58,786 nucleotides of DNA from a virus (Duplodnaviria; Caudoviricetes). Each line of letters starts with the position of its first letter. The stretch's first letter is position 1. Under the pieces are notes generated by a model, which saw only the letters and a program-made list of their open reading frames with translations, was not told the origin of the DNA and searched no databases. This document shows positions 44,700 through 52,646 of the stretch, piece after piece. Both the position numbers and the translations under genes were made by a program. The stretch spans positions 1 to 58,786 of the IMG/VR virus record IMGVR_UViG_3300036846_001130, one strand, 5' to 3'.

Positions 44700-45917
44700 A
44701 TGGGCGTTTATACCCCAATTCGACACCTGTACAAGCCAGCGGACGGAGAGACAGGCTGGGGCGGTCTGGTCGATGCGAACTGGGATGATCTCGATACCGT
44801 TGCGGATAAATCCTACGTCGATACGCAGGACACTTCCACGCTGGCGAGCGCAAAAGCTTACACCGACGCAGAGATCGCGGCGCTGCCGCCTGCAGGGGTC
44901 ACCTCTGTCTTCACGCGCACGGGCGCTGTGGTGGCGGCGGCCATGGACTATGGGGCGGTCGACAACTTGGAGCTGGGCGACAACTCTGGCAGCTCAATCC
45001 TGTTCGACTCTGGCCTTAACGCCGTCGAAGTTCAGGCCGGAGGTGGTACCGGGCCAGTTACTGTTGCGGCTTCGCTGGTCGACCTGTCGACGTCGGTGAC
45101 CGAAGTCGATGTCCCGACGCCTGCGACAGCGGACAACTCAATCAAGGCCGCTTCCACTGCTTTCGTGAAAGCGCAGGGCTATCAGGCGACCGCACAGAAG
45201 GACGTCGCGAACGGCTACGCGGGCCTCGATGCGGGCGGAAAGCTGAAGACCGCTGAGGCTCCGACGTGGAACCAGAGCACGACTGGAAGCGCGGCCAGCC
45301 TGAGCGCGGCCTCTGCGCTGCCGAACGGGACGACGGGGACCACGCAGGCAGCGGGCGACAACAGCACGAAGCTGGCTACGACCGCCTACGCAGATGCGGA
45401 AGTTGCCACGTTCACCGGAACAAGCAACGCGGTGTTTTACGGGTTTACGGTGTACCGCCCTGCTACCCCAGATACGATTGCAACAGGCCCAGAGTGCGCT
45501 CCCAACGTCGTCTACTGCTTCCCTTTCATTCTGCCGTTCAAGTTCACCGTCAGGTCCATAGTCACGAAGATGGCCGCTGCGCTAGTAGGCACTTACGACG
45601 CAGGCCTGTTTGACGCATCCGGTAACAACGTGGTGAGTCTTGGGGGGCTGAGCACCAACACGACCGCGCCCACCACGACCACGGTTGCTGCCGCCACTTT
45701 GCCCCCCGGCCTCTACTACCTGTGCTTGTGTGCTTCGGTGGCCAACGTCAATTTTTTCGGCATCTCCAACGGAATCAGCGGCACGTTGAATTTCTCGACG
45801 TACTACACCGCCGCGAACCCCGCAATCAGCGGGGTTCTCCCCAGCACGCTAGGCGCGCTCACGGCGCAGAACAATACGAGCGTGTACCCACTTTTGGCGG
45901 TGTTCAGGAATAGCTGA
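44700..45917 (+). CDS. Tail fibre-like protein
   Basis: VTSVFTRTGAV, DNSTKLATTAY, NGYAGLDAGGK fibre motifs. Confidence 0.8.
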   Translation: MGVYTPIRHLYKPADGETGWGGLVDANWDDLDTVADKSYVDTQDTSTLASAKAYTDAEIAALPPAGVTSVFTRTGAVVAAAMDYGAVDNLELGDNSGSSILFDSGLNAVEVQAGGGTGPVTVAASLVDLSTSVTEVDVPTPATADNSIKAASTAFVKAQGYQATAQKDVANGYAGLDAGGKLKTAEAPTWNQSTTGSAASLSAASALPNGTTGTTQAAGDNSTKLATTAYADAEVATFTGTSNAVFYGFTVYRPATPDTIATGPECAPNVVYCFPFILPFKFTVRSIVTKMAAALVGTYDAGLFDASGNNVVSLGGLSTNTTAPTTTTVAAATLPPGLYYLCLCASVANVNFFGISNGISGTLNFSTYYTAANPAISGVLPSTLGALTAQNNTSVYPLLAVFRNS

Positions 45918-45927
45918 GGGAATTTTT

Positions 45928-46218
45928 ATGGGACTAGCGACAGGTTCTCTAAAGCTCAGTTTTATCGACACCGGAACTTTTATTGTCATGCCCCCCACGG
46001 CGGATGTGCTGGGAACGCTGACCGCGCCCAGCGCGATCTCAACTGCAGCGAGCAAGGTCTATGCGGTGCCCTACGTCAACACGCCGACAGTGATTCTCAT
46101 CCCCACCACGAACTGCGGGGGCTTCTACCTGTCGGCATCGACCAACACGGGTTTCACCGTCACCTTCACCACTGCGGGGACGCACAAGTTCTCCTATCTG
46201 GTGATCAGTAACGACTGA
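45928..46218 (+). CDS. Small structural protein
   Basis: Thr-rich, TNTGFTVTF. Confidence 0.65.
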   Translation: MGLATGSLKLSFIDTGTFIVMPPTADVLGTLTAPSAISTAASKVYAVPYVNTPTVILIPTTNCGGFYLSASTNTGFTVTFTTAGTHKFSYLVISND

Positions 46219-46226
46219 AGGGAAAT

Positions 46227-46760
46227 GTGGCATGCGGAAACGGTTGGGGTCAGTCACCATGGGGCATTTCGCCGTGGGGCACGGGACAGGGCTGGGGCAC
46301 GGGACCGTGGGGCGGCGAGCCATGGGGCGGTTGCTACGTCACAGCGCAGCCGCAGCCTCCGCTGCAGACAGCAGGCTGGGAGCGGGTCTCCCGCTATTGG
46401 GAAGAACCCCGCCGCGAGCGGATTATCCGCAACGTCCTGTTCGCGGTCGAAGGCCTGCGGGCCAGAGCACGATGCGGCAAAGCGCAAATTCTCGCGGGCC
46501 GAGGCACATGGCTCCGCCTGCGTGCTCGCCGGGCACATTGCGAACTGGGTCTCGTCGAGGTTCACGCCGACAGCGCGCTGATCGCGCCTCTATTGCCCGC
46601 GATCCTGTGCGAATGCGGAGAGGTGGAAGTTAATGCGAACGCCGCAATGAATGTTTTCCCTGAGCGCTCAAGCATGGCAAACGTGGGGATCGCGAGCGTG
46701 CGCGCGGTGCGCAACCCGACCGACGAGGAAATTCTGATGATGCTGGCGGAGATTGTCTGA
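46227..46760 (+). CDS. Protein with N-terminal WG/PWG repeats
   Basis: GWGQSPWGISPWGTGQGWGTGPWGGEPWGG. Confidence 0.65.
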   Translation: MACGNGWGQSPWGISPWGTGQGWGTGPWGGEPWGGCYVTAQPQPPLQTAGWERVSRYWEEPRRERIIRNVLFAVEGLRARARCGKAQILAGRGTWLRLRARRAHCELGLVEVHADSALIAPLLPAILCECGEVEVNANAAMNVFPERSSMANVGIASVRAVRNPTDEEILMMLAEIV

Positions 46761-47014
46761 TGGATGCGTGGAGCGAGATGGAGCAGGGCGCAGTGGCAAA
46801 TTTTCTGGCCGCGCCGGGACCGCTGAAGAGTGGCCTCGAAAAGTTTGTCGGGAATCTCTCGGAGGATCACAAGACTGCATGCGCCCGCGCCATGGCGACA
46901 GTGCCGCGCAATCCCGAGCTGGCCGCCGATCACGCCGCGAAGGCGCAGCTGCTCGATGAATTCTGGAGCACGCTGACCGATGTTCTCTCCGGAGAACGCG
47001 GCACACAAGTTTAG
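46760..47014 (+). CDS. Small helical protein preceding scaffold
   Basis: TGATG coupling; typical position. Confidence 0.65.
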   Translation: MDAWSEMEQGAVANFLAAPGPLKSGLEKFVGNLSEDHKTACARAMATVPRNPELAADHAAKAQLLDEFWSTLTDVLSGERGTQV

Positions 47015-47059
47015 GTAAGACCCTCGCGGGAGCCAACCCCGCGCGGTTAGGAGGAGTCA

Positions 47060-48403
47060 ATGGCCGACGAATCAACGGCTGCGGTGAGCCAACCACCGGA
47101 GACCGAAGAATCGCAACAAGGGACGCCGAGTACTGATTACTCATCGTTCCTAGGACCGCCATCTGCTGAAGTCGATCTCTCTGCGGAAGAACGTCCCGCA
47201 CCCGGCGCAGAGCAACAGGCTGAAGGCGAGCCGGAACTTTCCGGCGAGCCAGAGCAAGAGGGCGAGCCACAAGAAGAACAGGAAGCGGAAGCGGAAGCCG
47301 CACCCGAAGTCGAAGCTGAGGCAGAGGCTGAACAGCCACCCTCCGTGGAGGAACGCCTTAAAGACCTCACTCAGCGCGAATCTGATGAGTACGCGCAACG
47401 CTATCCCAGTGCGTGGAAGGCACTGCAGGACCCGAAGACGCCCGAGGACCTGAAGCACCTTCTGCTCGACAAGATCGACGGCGATCACGAAATTCAACGG
47501 CGCATCGCCCAAGAACAGGCACTCGCGGAAGAGGAAGGGGAGCCAACCCCCGAGTACGAAGCCGAAGTGCCGCAAACCGCTGCTGCTACGCCGGAAGCTA
47601 TCGCTGAGCAGCGCACCGCGTACTACAGCCAGATTGACAATCTGGTGAAGACGCAATTCGATCCGCAATCTGTCAAAGAAGTCGGAGACAGTCTGCTGCG
47701 CATGTTCAATGTGAACGTGAAGGCGCTGCAGGACCCGAACGTTTCGCCGGAAGACAAGGCGGTACTGCAGGGGCTTGTCAGCAGTGTGCAGCGTGAGGCT
47801 CCGGTCCTCGCCCGCTTCATGGCGGATGCTGTGGCCACCGTCGTCCCTCATGTGGTGAGACCTGCCATCGAAGCAGCGATGCCGGGCTTCACCGAGATGT
47901 ATGAGCGGCAGATGTATGGCAACGCATACGAGAACGTTCGCGCTCAGACCGATGAGCGTGGCCGCCCACTGTATCCGGGCCTGCCCGCGTATCCCATGGT
48001 CGCAGGAACTCCGGAGGCGCAAGCCTTCGCGGACAAAATGCGAGCCGCTGCGCAAGAGGTACCGGGCTTTGACGAGATGACGTTCCGCGACAAGGCGGGC
48101 AGGCTTCTGCCCGACCAGCAGCAGGCGCAGATCAAGTACACGATTCTGCTCCGGCACATGGCGGGACAGCGGGTGAATCCGGCAGTAGTGGCACAAGCCG
48201 TTGAAACAGGGCGCAGGCTCGCCGGGCGCGCGGATAATCGCCGCGCCGCCGCGCGAGTAGCGGGAGCGGGACAAAGAACAGCTGGCCCTCCGGGCCGAGG
48301 CGGAGCCGAAGACGAAGACCCGATGTTGGCTGCACTCGATGCCGAGATTTCCCGGCAGGAAGTGAACTACAGGCAGCCCGTTCGGGGTCGTAGCGGACGC
48401 TGA
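47060..48403 (+). CDS. Capsid scaffolding protein
   Basis: Very acidic E/P/A-rich N-terminus; immediately upstream of capsid gene; AGGAGGAG RBS. Confidence 0.75.
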   Translation: MADESTAAVSQPPETEESQQGTPSTDYSSFLGPPSAEVDLSAEERPAPGAEQQAEGEPELSGEPEQEGEPQEEQEAEAEAAPEVEAEAEAEQPPSVEERLKDLTQRESDEYAQRYPSAWKALQDPKTPEDLKHLLLDKIDGDHEIQRRIAQEQALAEEEGEPTPEYEAEVPQTAAATPEAIAEQRTAYYSQIDNLVKTQFDPQSVKEVGDSLLRMFNVNVKALQDPNVSPEDKAVLQGLVSSVQREAPVLARFMADAVATVVPHVVRPAIEAAMPGFTEMYERQMYGNAYENVRAQTDERGRPLYPGLPAYPMVAGTPEAQAFADKMRAAAQEVPGFDEMTFRDKAGRLLPDQQQAQIKYTILLRHMAGQRVNPAVVAQAVETGRRLAGRADNRRAAARVAGAGQRTAGPPGRGGAEDEDPMLAALDAEISRQEVNYRQPVRGRSGR

Positions 48404-48436
48404 AGCAAGGGGGAGCAGCGCTAGGAGGAATAACCC

Positions 48437-49639
48437 GTGGCTGTTCGAGGCATTTCGACCTTTAACTCCTTCGTGACCGAAACGTCGAACGTGCGCGACG
48501 TGTCGACTCGCTTGCTCAACCTTGAGCCTGACCGCACACCGCTCTATGTCCTGACCAACAACTCGAAGCGCAAGGTGAGTGTGTTCGCACCGCGCATTGA
48601 GTTCTTTGAAGATGCCGATCTGGTGATGCTGGGCGCATCGAACGGCACCGTTTTCTTCAGCAACGCTTCCTCGACCGTGGGCGTGGCCGATGTCACCATC
48701 TTTGGCATTGGCGATGTCGTCGCGGTCCAGAAAGTGGCGGAGAGCACCGCGACCGTCGAGGAATTGATTCAGGTCATCGGTCTCTCGCAAGGTGCCGGGA
48801 CGGCGGGAACCCTCACCGTCACGCGCGGCTTTGCCCTGACCACCATCGACACCATCAGCCAGACTGCGACGCTCAAGATTCTGGGCGTGGCGCAGTCAGA
48901 AGTCGGAGCCATCCAGAATCCGCGCACACCCGTGAAGTCTCCCAAGACCAGCGGCGCGCAGATTTTTGAGTGGCCGATGCAAATCTCGCGCACGGCGGCG
49001 GCTACCAAGATTTACGGTGACCGTCCGGAACGCGCTCGCATTCAGTGGCTGGGAATGCGGCGCACCAAGCTGGAGATCGAGAACGCTGGCTTGTTTGGCA
49101 GCTACTCGGAGACCTTGAACGGCACCGCATCGATGTACACCTCGATGGGCGTGCGCTCGATCATCTCCAGCTTCTTGAGTGATGCCGGAGGCACGACCAC
49201 TCCGACCACCCTGAAGGTCTTCCTCGACTGGTCGCGTATGGCGTTCCGTTATGGTTCGCCGGAAAAACTGCTGATGGCCGCGCCGCTGGTGAAAGAGGGC
49301 CTCGACTATTGGGCGGCAGGCAAGCAGTTTGTGCGCGCGGAGGATAAAGTCTTCGGCGTCTCGCTGAAGCGCTTCGTCACTTCGAACGGCAACTGGCTGA
49401 TCGCCAACAACTACAACATGGACGGAGGCGTCGCCGATGAGGCGATTGGCATTGACCTGCCTTCGGTCGAGTACTGCCCGCTGGTGAACAACGGACAGAA
49501 CCTCGACACTCGCCTCTATCCCGACTACGACCCCACCAATCCGAAACTGCTGAAGGATTTGATCCTGACGCAGGCGGGCTGGCGTGTCTGGCATCAGGCG
49601 CGTCACGCACGCATTTACGATTTTCAGGCCTTCGCCTGA
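48437..49639 (+). CDS. Major capsid protein (SU10/DUF5309-like)
   Basis: RDVSTRLLNLEPDRTPL, QIFEWPMQISRT, KLEIENAGLFG, FGVSLKRF; followed by terminator. Confidence 0.85.
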   Translation: MAVRGISTFNSFVTETSNVRDVSTRLLNLEPDRTPLYVLTNNSKRKVSVFAPRIEFFEDADLVMLGASNGTVFFSNASSTVGVADVTIFGIGDVVAVQKVAESTATVEELIQVIGLSQGAGTAGTLTVTRGFALTTIDTISQTATLKILGVAQSEVGAIQNPRTPVKSPKTSGAQIFEWPMQISRTAAATKIYGDRPERARIQWLGMRRTKLEIENAGLFGSYSETLNGTASMYTSMGVRSIISSFLSDAGGTTTPTTLKVFLDWSRMAFRYGSPEKLLMAAPLVKEGLDYWAAGKQFVRAEDKVFGVSLKRFVTSNGNWLIANNYNMDGGVADEAIGIDLPSVEYCPLVNNGQNLDTRLYPDYDPTNPKLLKDLILTQAGWRVWHQARHARIYDFQAFA

Positions 49640-49667
49640 GAAGCTGTTTTACCTGAGCCAAAGCCTA

Positions 49668-49695
49668 GGGGTGCGAGAGATCGCACCCCGTTTTT
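49668..49695 (+). terminator. Intrinsic terminator after capsid gene
   Basis: GGGGTGCGA-gaga-TCGCACCCC-gTTTTT. Confidence 0.85.
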
Positions 49696-49707
49696 CTGGA
49701 GATCACA

Positions 49708-50226
49708 ATGCTGAACGTGCGAGGAATCAAAGCAAAAAACTGGGAAGCAGTCTGCATCATGTGCGGCAAGAAATTCAAATACGCGGATGGCTTCGAGTGC
49801 GAGGCGCAGCCGGGCCGCCACAGCGTCGAGCCTAAAGAGTATTTCCACCTCGGAGCGGGACACATTCAATCCAAGCGCGACCGCGACCAGTTCACTCCCA
49901 GCGTGAACCTCGTCTCCGACATTGAAATTCGCGACAAGGTCACGGGGCAGGTGACCCGCATCGAGGGCCTGATTGTCCACTTCCGCGCGCGCGGACGCTA
50001 CGAGACTTCCGACCCGCTGGAGCAGTACCACCTCGACCTGCATCCTGCGGTGAGGTCGGGCACGGAAGGTCTGGAGGCGTGGGAAAAGATGTTCTATTCG
50101 CCGGAGCAGCAGACCGCCAAAGCGCAGGCCAAGCTGGCCGAGCTGCAGAAAGAAATCCGCGAGTCGAATGCTCTGCTCGATCTGACCAAGCAGAAGAAGG
50201 AAAAAGATGTCGTGGGAGTGCGGTAA
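49708..50226 (+). CDS. Hypothetical protein
   Basis: GGAG RBS; C-terminal coiled coil. Confidence 0.7.
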   Translation: MLNVRGIKAKNWEAVCIMCGKKFKYADGFECEAQPGRHSVEPKEYFHLGAGHIQSKRDRDQFTPSVNLVSDIEIRDKVTGQVTRIEGLIVHFRARGRYETSDPLEQYHLDLHPAVRSGTEGLEAWEKMFYSPEQQTAKAQAKLAELQKEIRESNALLDLTKQKKEKDVVGVR

Positions 50227-50596
50227 CTGCGGGCAGCAAGCCTCGCGCGGCGCGGTCAGCTTCGACCGTAAAGGGAATCCAGTGCGGGAGCGCTGCTCGA
50301 ACTGCGCTCCCGAAGAATTCGATGGAGCCTTCCGCATGCCCAGCGACGACAAAGTCTACACCGGGCCGCAGGCGATGCCGAACCTCTACAAGCGCGACCG
50401 CAACGATGTGTTTCAGGCGAAGGATGAACTCATCGCGGACACCGCTGCGCTGTGGGATGAAGGACCGACCGAGCGCGCCCGCCGTCACAAGCAACAGACC
50501 CGGCGCACCGAGCCAATGAGCAAAGAAGAGATCGAGAGCGCCAACCACTGGGGCCGCGAGGTGCTGGCTCCGGTGATACGTGAAGGCATGAAATGA
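50207..50596 (+). CDS. Zinc-ribbon protein
   Basis: CGNC...CSNC. Confidence 0.65.
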   Translation: MSWECGNCGQQASRGAVSFDRKGNPVRERCSNCAPEEFDGAFRMPSDDKVYTGPQAMPNLYKRDRNDVFQAKDELIADTAALWDEGPTERARRHKQQTRRTEPMSKEEIESANHWGREVLAPVIREGMK

Positions 50597-51576
50597 AAGA
50601 CGACCTCGAAGCCTTCCAGAAAGAAGCGCAGCGCGTCCAGAGCTTGGACCCGGTCATTCTCGAAAATCAGAAGCGCCGGGTGCAAAGCTTGCTGAAGCTG
50701 CCGGAGGGCCGCGAGGCCTTGCGGCGCGAGCTGGGCTACGACTTTCTCTTCGCCGATGACGCGCTCAAGGATGGCCGCCCGCTGGTGAGCCTGCTGGTGC
50801 CTACGCGCAGCGGGCCTAAGCCGGAAACCTCGAAAGCGGTGGATGCCATGATGCGCGCCTCGCGGCCTCACTGCATTCTCACGCCCGAGCCGGGCATCTC
50901 GCAGAGCGTGGTGCACTGGTCGCGCAATGATCTCATCCTCAAGCTGCGCAAATCGGGCCGCCCGGCTGACTATGTGCTGTTCATGGATGACGACATGACG
51001 CCGCCGCCCGATGCGCTGGTGAAGCTGCTGGCCCATGATCAGGACATTGTGGCCGGAGCCTGCACCGTGCGCACGGACCCGCCGCTGCCCAACTTCCGCA
51101 TCTGGATGCCGGACGTTCTCAGCTTTCGCACGGCCTTTGAGTGGACCGATCAGAACGGCATGCGGATGGGTGAGGGTTTGGTCGAGGTGGGCGGCGTGGG
51201 CGCGGCTTTCATGCTCATCACCACCAGCGCTCTCGACAAAATCGGCGAGTACTACCTCTCTTGCCAGTTCGAGCGCAAGTACATGGGCATGAGCGACGAG
51301 GTGGCGCGCGATCTCGAAGCGGGCCGCCGCCGCTATGCGAAAGAAACTGGAAACGAATTCTGGTTTGAGTTCCTGAAGCATCCTCTCGGCGATGGGGAGT
51401 TCGGCGAGGACCTCAGCTTCTGTTTCAAGGCGCGCGAGTGCGGCTACAAGATTTACGTCGACACCAGCGTGTGTCCCGGCCACATCGGCTCCTATGCCTA
51501 CGGCATTCCCGATTTCCTCAGCTACCAGTGCGAACTGCTGGCGCGTGAAGCAGTGAAGGAAGAGGTTGCACCATGA
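50593..51576 (+). CDS. Glycosyltransferase family 2 (GT-A)
   Basis: VSLLVPT, RNDL, YVLFMDDD, GAAFMLI, GEDLSFC, VCPGH. Confidence 0.9.
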   Translation: MKDDLEAFQKEAQRVQSLDPVILENQKRRVQSLLKLPEGREALRRELGYDFLFADDALKDGRPLVSLLVPTRSGPKPETSKAVDAMMRASRPHCILTPEPGISQSVVHWSRNDLILKLRKSGRPADYVLFMDDDMTPPPDALVKLLAHDQDIVAGACTVRTDPPLPNFRIWMPDVLSFRTAFEWTDQNGMRMGEGLVEVGGVGAAFMLITTSALDKIGEYYLSCQFERKYMGMSDEVARDLEAGRRRYAKETGNEFWFEFLKHPLGDGEFGEDLSFCFKARECGYKIYVDTSVCPGHIGSYAYGIPDFLSYQCELLAREAVKEEVAP

Positions 51577-52646
51577 GCACCCTGATCCCGGCACCCAGAC
51601 TCGGCGGCTGGACGCGCAGCATGCTGATCGAATTGGCCGACCGCCGCACCGAGCGCCGAGGCTCGAAGACGCTTGACCTGAATTCCGAGTTCCTGATGGC
51701 GCTGCAGATGCTGTGCATGGAGCGGCGCTGGTTCTGGCGACGGCGCACGGCATTTTTCCAGATGCTGCCGAACCAGTGGCAGTACGATCTCTCGCTGGTG
51801 CCGCCTGTGCCGTTGACGGTGAGCAGCGCTACCGCGACTTTCACGGATGGACTCTCCCCGAATTCGATCTTTGCGACCTATACCGTGCTCTCGACGGTGG
51901 GAGTGTTCGTAGGTCAGAACGTGCAGGTGACGGGGTGCAACAGCATCGCGGGCGCGCCTGCCGATTTCTTCAATGGCACTTTCCCTGTGACGGCTGTCGG
52001 TCCCGGCAACGTCGTGCAGTGCATCGTGGGCACCACTCCCGGCACCAACACAGGCATGTTCACCTACAACGCGGTGCAAGGCTCGATGCTTTCGACGGTC
52101 GCTTTCCAGTCTCCCGACGCCGGAGACCTGCAGCAGTTCGTGAAGCATGGGGTGCGCTACTACCCGAATCCCGGCAACTGGTCGCAGTGGGGCGAGATCA
52201 CGCCGCTGTTCGAGCGCGACCTGCAGACCAGCGCCATGTGGTCGAATCTCTATCGCCCTACTCCCGCACCACCGCAGCAGTACTTCCTGAGGCCCGGCGC
52301 GTTTCTTGTGCTGTGCCTCACTCCAGTTCCCGATCAGGGCTATCCCATCAGCATCGATTTCTGGAGCGTGCCCAAAATCGTGGACGCCATCGACGAGCAG
52401 ATTCCGCTGGTGCCTGCGTTCCTGCATCACGTCTTGCTGAAATGTCTTGAGGCGCAAATCTTCCGCTACACGCTGGGCGAGGGTGCGGCGAAATATCAGG
52501 CCGCCATGGGCGAGTACACGGCGCTGGTCGCCAAATATTCCGGCATGGATGGCATGGTGCCGGGCGAGCACATCGATTGGTCGGCTGATGACGATTACGA
52601 AAGCACCTTCGAGAACGCGCAGAACTCAGTCCAGAGCACGCGCTGA
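51573..52646 (+). CDS. Head-tail adaptor/tail tubular protein A-like, with inserted beta domain
   Basis: RRWFW, LTPVPDQGYPISIDF, LVPAFLHHVL. Confidence 0.7.
   Translation: MSTLIPAPRLGGWTRSMLIELADRRTERRGSKTLDLNSEFLMALQMLCMERRWFWRRRTAFFQMLPNQWQYDLSLVPPVPLTVSSATATFTDGLSPNSIFATYTVLSTVGVFVGQNVQVTGCNSIAGAPADFFNGTFPVTAVGPGNVVQCIVGTTPGTNTGMFTYNAVQGSMLSTVAFQSPDAGDLQQFVKHGVRYYPNPGNWSQWGEITPLFERDLQTSAMWSNLYRPTPAPPQQYFLRPGAFLVLCLTPVPDQGYPISIDFWSVPKIVDAIDEQIPLVPAFLHHVLLKCLEAQIFRYTLGEGAAKYQAAMGEYTALVAKYSGMDGMVPGEHIDWSADDDYESTFENAQNSVQSTR

Noticed and set aside
42580-48790. Long minus-strand ORFs (42580-44307, 47150-48790, and similar ones such as 31173-32435, 5028-6137)
   Set aside because: Antisense shadows of real genes in high-GC DNA; no RBS or motifs
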